A DNA stretch of 64,000 bases from a virus (lineage: Duplodnaviria; Caudoviricetes): the IMG/VR virus record IMGVR_UViG_3300031420_000495, positions 1 to 64,000 of that record; one strand, given 5' to 3'. Made by a program: the position numbers and the translations under genes. Each line of letters opens with the position of its first letter. Position 1 is the stretch's first letter. The notes beneath the pieces are model-generated. The model was given only the letters and a program-made list of their open reading frames with translations, did not search any database and was not told the DNA's origin. Of this stretch, positions 57,501 to 64,000 are shown in pieces.

Positions 57501-58071
57501 CATCGACCCGTCCGTCACCAATATCCACGATGTGTATGTAATGACACGTGGTTACTATGACAACGTAATCAACTTTGTCCGTGGTCTCTCCCCGTATGCC
57601 CCGACTGCACCTACTCCGCTGGAACTCCGCAATGCGTACGGATACTTGCTGAACAACAAGATGCTGTCCGACACGGTCGTCCTGCATCCTGGCAAGATTC
57701 GTCTGCTCTTCGGTGGATTGGCTGAACCGCAACTCCGTGCAAGGTTCAAGGTTGTGCGTAGCCAGACCGGTACGCTCACCAATGAACGGATCAAGGAAGA
57801 AGTGTTGAACGTTATCAACACGTTCTTCGACATCGATGGTTGGGACTTCGGAGATACCTTCTATGCTACGAAACTGATTTCGTTGATTCACCAGCGTTTG
57901 CCAGCGGACATTGCATCCGTTGTGCTCGTGCCGGTATACTCGACGAACTCTTTCGGTTCATTGTTCACGGTGGAATCCGGCTTCGACGAGATTCTTCAGT
58001 CAGCTGCAGAACTGTCCGACATTGAAGTGGTCGAAGCATTGACCTCCAACGTTCTTCGCCAGTCGAAATAA
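54523..58071 (+). CDS. gp6: Baseplate wedge gp6-like
   Basis: SYDFDSIK..L..Y....YPE.FNDYIESSE...LE.FAYI...LAYR.D....ENF..TA.R..SI.RLA.LISY; ETIEHIR..AP..YY.QNRMV..QDY; TAAATA at 54492-54497. Confidence 0.9.
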   Translation: MALRTTYSAETWEKIYQAFSEVSFVSYDFDSIKQSLIDYTRTYYPEVFNDYIESSEYIAMLEMFAYIAEQLAYRVDMVAHENFITTAQRKQSILRLAKLISYKATRNIPVRGLVKINSVTTSERVLDSRGTDLAGLTIVWNDPNNVNWKEQFILVMNRVLNNRFGQPSKTFQIGDVVMDLYSLKNSPASARNGVFPFTAAAGQDTYPMEIVPADLDANGPFEREPDLTSPMSLIYANDGIGDGSDYTGFLGYVKQGSLTRIDYNIEDRLPDRRIDFDPLNINHTDVWVQKIENDRIAERWTQVDTISEQNLVFNELRDTRKKFEVDTRESDAITVIFGDGDFSDMPQGLFRFWMRQSANRSIVIQKNKVQGQTFGFTYTSTAGNTESCSMTFSLTTTLQNGSGTETIEHIRRSAPATYYAQNRMVNGQDYNTYLLKDPSIIREKAINRTFAGQPKHIDWNDASGTYENIKLFGDDASMRYSLGLESQTTSVSGQALIDSVIEPLLSSSGVINMMLHISASDPLMQGVVSSPRRKFIEDNRGGKYNAYGGSFVSTILGSTADGSLKEKTTIQGLIDRHWYGEPLEYVLDANGQVMARIPDPDLNPKDDSRIYAATVPRTIDGVNKFPPGDIGSGLQPIAEQDDFALRYHRYTAMIGDGNIVINTNPAFATILPNEVWTIEVAADGRTLYVRSNLRGTLPTGSIGDAYQLKSSTSSDSTLFFTVTSTSLEAGDSFILETNGTATYPKLRCKVNLNGWWEVLGTGKLKYYEGGQLKEGDELLFTTDDSSDDLRQHGWIIFVHKLRQAPSNNIIGYEVHNRTLKLSVTSPNTKFWYNSVNQILDNDTKNRVYDNIRILGSNFNASGELLKQAQKYDVIGAVKDKDGIVDLHSLEVVPTDLLQEDESGDLVPDRLLQYETFSGGATPSYEYFRLDNPTYIFKATDTALIGQAKAASWTPGSFVDRSLTYGRRQRMPAVGSADTGLDFMWQHFSPYTNIIDPSVTNIHDVYVMTRGYYDNVINFVRGLSPYAPTAPTPLELRNAYGYLLNNKMLSDTVVLHPGKIRLLFGGLAEPQLRARFKVVRSQTGTLTNERIKEEVLNVINTFFDIDGWDFGDTFYATKLISLIHQRLPADIASVVLVPVYSTNSFGSLFTVESGFDEILQSAAELSDIEVVEALTSNVLRQSK

Positions 58072-58074
58072 TGG

Positions 58075-58129
58075 CATGCAATTCTCGGGTTGGTGCGTAG
58101 AATACACACATCTAACCCAACCCGAGAAT
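58075..58129 (+). promoter_or_regulatory. Early-type promoter variant CATGCA-N17-TAGAAT-N5-CATCT within a perfect 13-bp inverted repeat
   Basis: Arms 58081-58093 and 58117-58129. Confidence 0.7.
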
Positions 58130-58132
58130 AAA

Positions 58133-58471
58133 ATGAACGATCTGCACGTTGTCTTCAGCCGTAATTGCATGGTTGAGAAAAATCCCCAGCTGTTCTCCCT
58201 CGAAACCAAGACCTTCATCCCACTGCCGGAAGCGCTCGCCGAGTTCGACAACGGCACCGTTCTGAAGAAGAACGCAGACGGTACCTATGTCGAGAATCCG
58301 CTCACGGACGACGAGCGCGACGACTTCTCGGCTGACGAATCGATTCATGATGCTATGAACGATTACATCGTCAAGTCCTGCACCGGCGGCACGAACTACG
58401 ATGCCGCATGGTTCGCCTGCGACTTCAACCCGTTCATGGAAGCATTCACCACGTTCCACTTCGAGGTATAA
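58133..58471 (+). CDS. Hypothetical protein
   Basis: First gene of the island inside the baseplate cluster. Confidence 0.7.
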   Translation: MNDLHVVFSRNCMVEKNPQLFSLETKTFIPLPEALAEFDNGTVLKKNADGTYVENPLTDDERDDFSADESIHDAMNDYIVKSCTGGTNYDAAWFACDFNPFMEAFTTFHFEV

Positions 58472-58476
58472 AACCC

Positions 58477-58524
58477 TGTACAAACTCCGTAGTTGCCGGT
58501 ATAATGCATCCATCAACTACGGAG
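58477..58524 (+). promoter_or_regulatory. Early promoter TGTACA-N17-TATAAT-N5-CATCAAC with perfect 11-bp inverted repeat covering the RBS
   Basis: Arms 58485-58495 and 58514-58524 (ends in ACGGAG). Confidence 0.85.
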
Positions 58525-58532
58525 CAGTCAAC

Positions 58533-58718
58533 ATGGAAGATACGCACAAGGATGTGATCGAGCTGCATGAAGCAGCAACGAAGCTGCTGAACCATCTCGA
58601 AGATGTGCTGGACGAAAAGAACTTCGACGCCATCTCCGCGAAGCTGTGGAACGATGTCAGCATGTTCCTCGTGATGCGCGGCATCAAGGTGGAAACTCCG
58701 AACATCAAGGAGGCGTGA
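58533..58718 (+). CDS. Small hypothetical protein
   Basis: RBS ACGGAG; stop overlaps HNH start. Confidence 0.7.
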   Translation: MEDTHKDVIELHEAATKLLNHLEDVLDEKNFDAISAKLWNDVSMFLVMRGIKVETPNIKEA

Positions 58719-59140
58719 TGGGCCGTCGTAAAGGTTTGTACGTACACTACCAATACATCTCGCTGGAAGAGGGTCTTGCTGCAGTCAATGCAACCCTTCA
58801 CGAGAAGCCGAAAGCGAAACGTCACCGTGTTGGCGATTACGAGGTTCACACCACCGGTCTACGCCTTCGTGTCTTCGCCATCAAAGGCATCTGTTGCTAT
58901 CTCTGTGGGCTGGAAGCCACACAGTTCTCGATCGATGACATGCCGAACGGCCGTCAACCTCACATGAACCTGTGGGGCGAGAAGGATGGTAAACCAATGT
59001 TATTCACGCACGATCACGTCATCGACCGTGCCAAAGGTGGTGCAGATGCCATCGAGAATGCAGAACCTTGTTGCACGAATTGCAACTGGGAAAAGAATCT
59101 TCGCGAGAACTTCAGCCACGCATACAAGGGAAAAGCTTAA
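58718..59140 (+). CDS. HNH endonuclease
   Basis: CCYLCG...FTHDHVIDRAKGG.D...N..PCC..CN..K. Confidence 0.88.
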   Translation: MGRRKGLYVHYQYISLEEGLAAVNATLHEKPKAKRHRVGDYEVHTTGLRLRVFAIKGICCYLCGLEATQFSIDDMPNGRQPHMNLWGEKDGKPMLFTHDHVIDRAKGGADAIENAEPCCTNCNWEKNLRENFSHAYKGKA

Positions 59141-59682
59141 CGCTGGCGGTGTCTCAAAACTTCGGTGGAGGCAATGACTTCCCCATGGTCGGCAAGACCG
59201 TGGGTAAGAACAACCTTGGTTCCCTTTGGCAGATTGAACACATGCTTTTCGCGGGCGCCATTGTTACTGTAGGACGATTCGTTTTCGTCACCTTTGGTGG
59301 TCATTGACATCCATTTGAATCGCGTGTCAGAACGCGGGTAAGGTTCGTTCGTGAAACGGTAAAGGGTAGTATCTTTTTCCAATGGTGTTTCGCAGCTGTG
59401 CAGCACGGAATCGATTGTGTCACAGTTGAGACGGTATTTTCCATCAGGGCCTTTCATGCCATCGGAAACCCATTCGTCAAGTTCTTCTTCCCGTTCCTCT
59501 TCACTGGCGTTCATGTACCGTTTCACGCCTTCAAGAAACACTGGATCATCTGACCAGTCCTTCATACCGATCTGGAGGTATTCATAATTTAAGTACAGAA
59601 GTCTGCCCCATGCTTGGATCACAAACCTCTGAACCATGTTATAATTACCACCAGCCTCGTTGAGGATTTCATACAGTTTCAT
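59137..59682 (-). CDS. ADP-ribosyltransferase (Alt/ModB/VIP2-like, R-S-E) with capsid-targeting-like leader MKLYEILNE
   Basis: TTLYRF, WMSMTT, VFNLPKGTK, DHGEVI; late TAAATA at 59711-59706, SD AAGGAA. Confidence 0.75.
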   Translation of the reverse strand: MKLYEILNEAGGNYNMVQRFVIQAWGRLLYLNYEYLQIGMKDWSDDPVFLEGVKRYMNASEEEREEELDEWVSDGMKGPDGKYRLNCDTIDSVLHSCETPLEKDTTLYRFTNEPYPRSDTRFKWMSMTTKGDENESSYSNNGAREKHVFNLPKGTKVVLTHGLADHGEVIASTEVLRHRQR

Positions 59683-59710
59683 AACGTTCCTTTTTAAGAA
59701 TCCAGTATTT

Positions 59711-60088
59711 ATGAAGAACATCTATCCAATCTATCTGCCGGACCGTACGGCTCGTGATCTTGTGCAACGGTTTGCACACGCGGAATACGAAGAAAATACC
59801 CGTTACCATTCTCACAGTTACCGGTACGAGTTCTCCGCCAATGTACTCGAATCCGGCGACGTCGAACTCCGTGTGTGGTATTCCTTCGACGAAGGTTACG
59901 TGATGGGCTCCGGCAATGCGTTCACCAAGACCGTCCGCCCGTACAACGATGCAGACCTGTTGGCCATCAAGCGCAACAAGATGATGCATCTCGCCGCTGC
60001 AGCTTACGAGGAATCGGAAGAGCAGAAGCGCATGAAGGCGATTCTCGCCACCGCAAAACAAATGTTTCCAAACGAGGAATTTCAATGA
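59711..60088 (+). CDS. Hypothetical protein
   Basis: Start overlaps the ART late promoter on the opposite strand. Confidence 0.6.
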   Translation: MKNIYPIYLPDRTARDLVQRFAHAEYEENTRYHSHSYRYEFSANVLESGDVELRVWYSFDEGYVMGSGNAFTKTVRPYNDADLLAIKRNKMMHLAAAAYEESEEQKRMKAILATAKQMFPNEEFQ

Positions 60089-60441
60089 GCATCAATGAAC
60101 CAACCCAAGAAGAACTTCGCCTCCGTGCCGCCAATGGTGTGGATTCCTACAAGACCGGCTACCGTCACGGGCTTGCCGAAAGCGAGCAAGAACTGGGTCT
60201 CGCCAGACTGACGATCGAACAGCTGAAGCAACGCATCAGCAATCAAGACGAGCACATCGCGCTGCTCGAAGCGACGGTCCTCCGTATCGGCGCCACCGTC
60301 GAAGAAGAAATTACCGACGAAAATGCACTGGGCTATCGTCCGCCGTGTTGCGACCATGGCAAGAGCGACAAGTGCTGCAACTACAACGAGGGCGAATGCG
60401 CGGCCGACGCTGAACTGCGTGCAATGGGACGCAGCAAATGA
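60085..60441 (+). CDS. Hypothetical coiled-coil protein with Cys-rich C-terminus
   Basis: ATGA coupling; SD GAGG. Confidence 0.6.
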   Translation: MSINEPTQEELRLRAANGVDSYKTGYRHGLAESEQELGLARLTIEQLKQRISNQDEHIALLEATVLRIGATVEEEITDENALGYRPPCCDHGKSDKCCNYNEGECAADAELRAMGRSK

Positions 60442-60648
60442 ACGTGCCACCAGTTCGCGGACTCCAAGTCTTCAAGCTCGTTGGCAAAGACGGCACACAA
60501 GACGTCTACGCCACCGTCATCGCAGAAAACCTCGAGCAGGCCGAAAAGCTTGTTACCCAGCAATGCTGGGGTTTCCGCCGCACACAAGGCGGACCAATCA
60601 CCAGCGCATGTTCGCCGCATGTGGTTTCAATTCACAAGCATTAAACGC

Positions 60649-60699
60649 TGTGCATTCTCAGTGGTGTTGGGTATAATGAACCCATCAACCACGGAGAAT
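60649..60699 (+). promoter_or_regulatory. Early promoter TGTGCA-N17-TATAAT-N5-CATCAAC with 12-bp inverted repeat covering the RBS
   Basis: Arms 60654-60665 and 60688-60699 (11/12). Confidence 0.85.
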
Positions 60700-60703
60700 A
60701 CAA

Positions 60704-60892
60704 ATGTTCGCGATCCAAATCCACGGTGGCTTCATGATTAAAGATTTCATGCCTCAGTTCCGTAACTGCAGCGTCACCAACAACATCGCTGAAGCGAAGA
60801 AGTTCCCGACCGCCGGCGAAGCCAAGCAGTTCATCATCGACCACCACATGGAAGGCACGAACAAGAAAACGAACAAGGTCATTCCCGCGTAA
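60704..60892 (+). CDS. Small early hypothetical protein
   Basis: Own promoter and ACGGAG RBS. Confidence 0.7.
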   Translation: MFAIQIHGGFMIKDFMPQFRNCSVTNNIAEAKKFPTAGEAKQFIIDHHMEGTNKKTNKVIPA

Positions 60893-60893
60893 T

Positions 60894-60929
60894 TTCTTAT
60901 TTGTCAGCTAATGCTATAATAATTGCGTT
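60894..60929 (+). repeat. Dispersed AT-rich element, copy 3
   Basis: ttcttatttgtcagctaatgctataataattgcgtt. Confidence 0.9.
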
Positions 60930-61001
60930 TGCTGCTGAGTAACGCCAAAACGCGGAAACCTGCAATGTCATAAATAGCTGATCCACCGATTAGCTAAGAT
61001 T

Positions 61002-64000
61002 ATGACAAAGAACACAGACTTCCGCTTGCCTTTCAATGACCTGACAAACTACGTTCCGCAGAATTTGCGGAACCCTGTCATTTCGTCTTTGATCGATAAC
61101 CTTTTCAATCGGTTCATGACTCATGACGAGAGTGTGCCGCTGTACGGTTATGTTGGCCGCAAGCCTGCCTCACCTGACGATCGTTCACCACGCGTTCCGC
61201 AACCAAGCGTTGAGCGCGACATCAATTCCATCGTGCCTGTGCTCAACTTCAAGTTGGGTCCAGATCGTTACGCATTCACAATCGAAGACCTGATCGCGAA
61301 GGCAGAAGCCATCGGCATCTCGCCTGGCTCATTGTCTTGGATGTATTCCCAGGGTAACAACTATCTGCCGCCGATCGACCTGGACAAGTTCACGAACTTC
61401 TTCAACTATTACTGGGTTGCCAAAGCATTGCCGGCTGTTCCATCATTGTCCTGGAATCCTACACTCGCGCCGGAATACTACACGATCGCTGCACCACTTC
61501 CAGCAGACCTGAACAAGCTGAACGTTGTTGCAGCATCAACAAAGAACACTGTGCTGACTGGTACTGGTTTCGGTAAGCTGTCGTTCCGTATCACATTCAC
61601 GTCGCCAACTGCGTTCACCATTACACCGATCGGTACGCTGGGCGCATATACGCCTATCGCGTCGTCATTCAACCTGACAACGAACAACGATCACTTCGCA
61701 TACCGTGTACAACAAGGCACAGATGTGAAAACTCTTCTGGAGTTCGACATCACCCGTGATGAAGTGTTTGACCAGTTCGGCAACAGCATTGGACTTTCCG
61801 GATTCGAAACCGGAGATGAATTCTACATCGATGTGCAGTTCCTCACCCGCAACTACACGCTGACCTTCAATGGTGCGCCTGGTGTCAAGGGCAAGTTGAC
61901 CCACATCAAGACGCTGAACGAATACCAGATCATCGACAATGTTCGCGTATCTGCTGGCGACCGTGTACTCATCAAGAGCAATTCGGTCACTGAAGACGGT
62001 ATCTACATTGTTTCCGCTGGTGAATGGAAACGTGCACCAGACTTCGATGGCGAAACCCGCGTTGCTGGCGCTCGTGTGTTCGACAAGAACCGTAACACGA
62101 TGTACGTCTCGATCGTCGGTGGCGGTGGGCTTGGTTTCAAAGTCGAAGGTACCGCTGGTGAAGCTGTGTCAAATACGAATCAATGGCAAGAAGGCAACTA
62201 CTGGGTTTCCGGTGAGAAGCTGGCTGACATGGGCCTTGCACGCTCGGACGTGGTCCAGGCGGTGCGCCCAATCATCGAATACGCTGGTGACCTTCAGCTG
62301 AACAGCTACGTGAAGAACGGTGTACCATCGGATTCCGGTTCGTCTTACAAACAAATCAAGACTGAATTCAACCAGCTTCCGATGTTCGACCTGTTCCGTT
62401 ACGATGGTTCGCACTCGGGTCTCGTCTCTTCTGTATTCTACTACGAAGAAGACCTGACTGCGGAACTCGATTTGAAACTGCAGAAGCGTGTCAAGAAGTC
62501 CACAAACGATTCCGCAGACTTCATCTTCAACCACGGTATGGCCGATGCTGATGGACAGTTGCTGTTCGTCAAACGTTCTGGCAAACTGAAAACTATCTGG
62601 CATGCTGGTTACTATGAGCCAACAATCGTTGATGTAACGTATGGTGGCGCTGGTAACGGAACTCTCGATGGCTTGAAAGCAATCGGGTTTGCTCAGCAAC
62701 AAGTCTGGACAATGGTTGCTGAAACACCAACTACATTCACAATCTCCGGCTCGAAGATGCCTGTGCTGCCATCGCCTTACAACAAGGTAACTGTTGGCAC
62801 ACTCTACAAGAACGGCGAACTCGAATTCACCATTCAGCCTGGTAACATTGCATTCACGCCTGGTGACAGCTTTGTGATCCGTGTTGCCAATATGGAATCT
62901 CCTCGCTACGTATACCGTGACGAGAACGATGGCATCTACGACCGTCTCGGTGGACCTGCAATGGACCCGAACGGCGAAGGCGCATGGCAGATTCCACGCA
63001 CATTCTACAACAACCCGTACAACGATTCCCGTTCGCCTGCACCAGAAGGTTCACTGTACTCCCACTTCCGTGGTATCCTGACGAACCAGGTTGAAGGTCA
63101 ACCTATCGATTATGCATTCGGCGGCAGCATCAAGCTCTGGAGCGAACAGCAAACTCTGTTGGCTTCGTTGTTGATGCAACGCGACATGACGCCTGTCTCT
63201 GTGATCGATTTGGCACAGCGCCAGTACGAAACCGCTCTGAACACCGTCAAAGACATTTACAACCAGCAGAAAGCCAAGTTCGGACCTGTCAAAACGTACG
63301 ATGATCTGGTGAAACTCTTTGACCTGATCCAGAGCATCCGTGCAAAGGACAATGATGTCCGCTCGGTCCTGTACGATTCGACCTCGCCTTTGGTTGGTTT
63401 CCCAGCAACGCTGCCGCAGCTGGGACTGGCTGAACTCGTTCAACCGACATTGGACTTCGATACTGTCCTTGGCCGCATGGTCCTGGTGCATCACGATGGC
63501 CACAAATCCCTGGTTGAAACCGATGACACCCTGAATTCCCTGATGCTCCTGGTCGAAACCCGACTCTATGAAGGCATCAACCCGAATGCTCGCAAGTACG
63601 ACTTCACTCAGCTGAAGAACGATCCGGAATACCAGGATCAGCTGAAGAAAGAACTGTTTGCGTTTGCAGCAATGAACGGCCTTGATCCACTGGGTTCGGA
63701 CTATGTTGCGACCGATCCATTCACCTGGAACTATTCGAAAGCGACTGGACTCCCGGCTGCAATGCCTGAAAAGATTCCAGGTCGTTGGCACGAACTCCTG
63801 AAGTCACATCAGGCAATGATTCAAGGCGTGATTCCGACAGAACGTCCGAACCTGGAACCGTGGAAGCTGATGGGTTATCCAACGTACGATGCATGGTGGG
63901 CAACTGTTCCTGCTGAGAAACGTGCGGCATACGTTGGCACGAAGTTCGATAATTCCTGGGTATCTGCTGGCGCTGTCAAGGCTGTGGATACCACGCCAGG
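61002..64000 (+). CDS. Very large baseplate/structural protein (gp7-like position), runs off the window end; not in ORF track
   Basis: MTKNTDFRLPFNDLTNYVPQNLRNP...YLPPIDLDKFTNFFNYYW...GDRVLIK......GIY.V..G.W.RA.D; the segments translated by hand and the window end are in one frame; TAAATA at 60971-60976. Confidence 0.8.
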   Translation, partial: MTKNTDFRLPFNDLTNYVPQNLRNPVISSLIDNLFNRFMTHDESVPLYGYVGRKPASPDDRSPRVPQPSVERDINSIVPVLNFKLGPDRYAFTIEDLIAKAEAIGISPGSLSWMYSQGNNYLPPIDLDKFTNFFNYYWVAKALPAVPSLSWNPTLAPEYYTIAAPLPADLNKLNVVAASTKNTVLTGTGFGKLSFRITFTSPTAFTITPIGTLGAYTPIASSFNLTTNNDHFAYRVQQGTDVKTLLEFDITRDEVFDQFGNSIGLSGFETGDEFYIDVQFLTRNYTLTFNGAPGVKGKLTHIKTLNEYQIIDNVRVSAGDRVLIKSNSVTEDGIYIVSAGEWKRAPDFDGETRVAGARVFDKNRNTMYVSIVGGGGLGFKVEGTAGEAVSNTNQWQEGNYWVSGEKLADMGLARSDVVQAVRPIIEYAGDLQLNSYVKNGVPSDSGSSYKQIKTEFNQLPMFDLFRYDGSHSGLVSSVFYYEEDLTAELDLKLQKRVKKSTNDSADFIFNHGMADADGQLLFVKRSGKLKTIWHAGYYEPTIVDVTYGGAGNGTLDGLKAIGFAQQQVWTMVAETPTTFTISGSKMPVLPSPYNKVTVGTLYKNGELEFTIQPGNIAFTPGDSFVIRVANMESPRYVYRDENDGIYDRLGGPAMDPNGEGAWQIPRTFYNNPYNDSRSPAPEGSLYSHFRGILTNQVEGQPIDYAFGGSIKLWSEQQTLLASLLMQRDMTPVSVIDLAQRQYETALNTVKDIYNQQKAKFGPVKTYDDLVKLFDLIQSIRAKDNDVRSVLYDSTSPLVGFPATLPQLGLAELVQPTLDFDTVLGRMVLVHHDGHKSLVETDDTLNSLMLLVETRLYEGINPNARKYDFTQLKNDPEYQDQLKKELFAFAAMNGLDPLGSDYVATDPFTWNYSKATGLPAAMPEKIPGRWHELLKSHQAMIQGVIPTERPNLEPWKLMGYPTYDAWWATVPAEKRAAYVGTKFDNSWVSAGAVKAVDTTP

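Noticed and set aside
1-64000. CRISPR array, tRNA or rRNA genes
   Set aside because: No regularly spaced repeat-spacer run and no cloverleaf seen in the few intergenic gaps; a tRNAscan or Infernal run would be needed to exclude them fully
1-64000. Stop-codon reassignment as in some jumbo phages
   Set aside because: Core genes (gp23, gp20, gp46, gp6) are full length under the standard code and coding density is high

Overview
64 kb of a T4-related (gp55/gp23-type) jumbo myophage genome; no host chromosome sequence is apparent. Left to right: (1) about 1-7.9 kb, minus strand: neck and tail-terminator genes (gp15, gp14, gp13) interleaved with genes carrying T4-like capsid-targeting leaders (an amidoligase and three paralogous ADP-ribosyltransferase-like proteins). 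(2) About 8-27 kb, minus strand: an early/accessory region of small genes (tRNA-binding domain, DEDDh exonuclease, DenV-like glycosylase, SIMPL, MazG-like pyrophosphatase, ribosomal L7/L12-domain protein, CX5R phosphatase, DegP, lipoprotein, HNH). (3) About 27.5-37.8 kb: head genes (gp23, gp22, gp21, gp20), tape measure, gp26/gp51-like. (4) About 38-49.5 kb: LprI, a family-A-polymerase-like ORF, tail-tube paralog, resolvase, gp46/47/55, nucleotidyltransferase. (5) About 49.5-64 kb, plus strand: baseplate genes (gp53, hub, gp5, gp25, gp6, large gp7-like) interrupted by a 2.9 kb island. Most notable signals read from the DNA: the portal and tail-terminator genes appear to start at ATC and ATT behind strong Shine-Dalgarno sites; a distinct early promoter class TGT[G/A]CA-N17-TATAAT-N5-CATCRAC, several copies of which sit inside inverted repeats that would hide the gene's own RBS or start codon in read-through mRNA; a 35-40 bp element repeated three times at operon boundaries; and about 15 proteins with capsid-targeting/prohead-protease leaders, including four ART-like enzymes. 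All protein family calls come from motif recognition by eye; no database searches were run.
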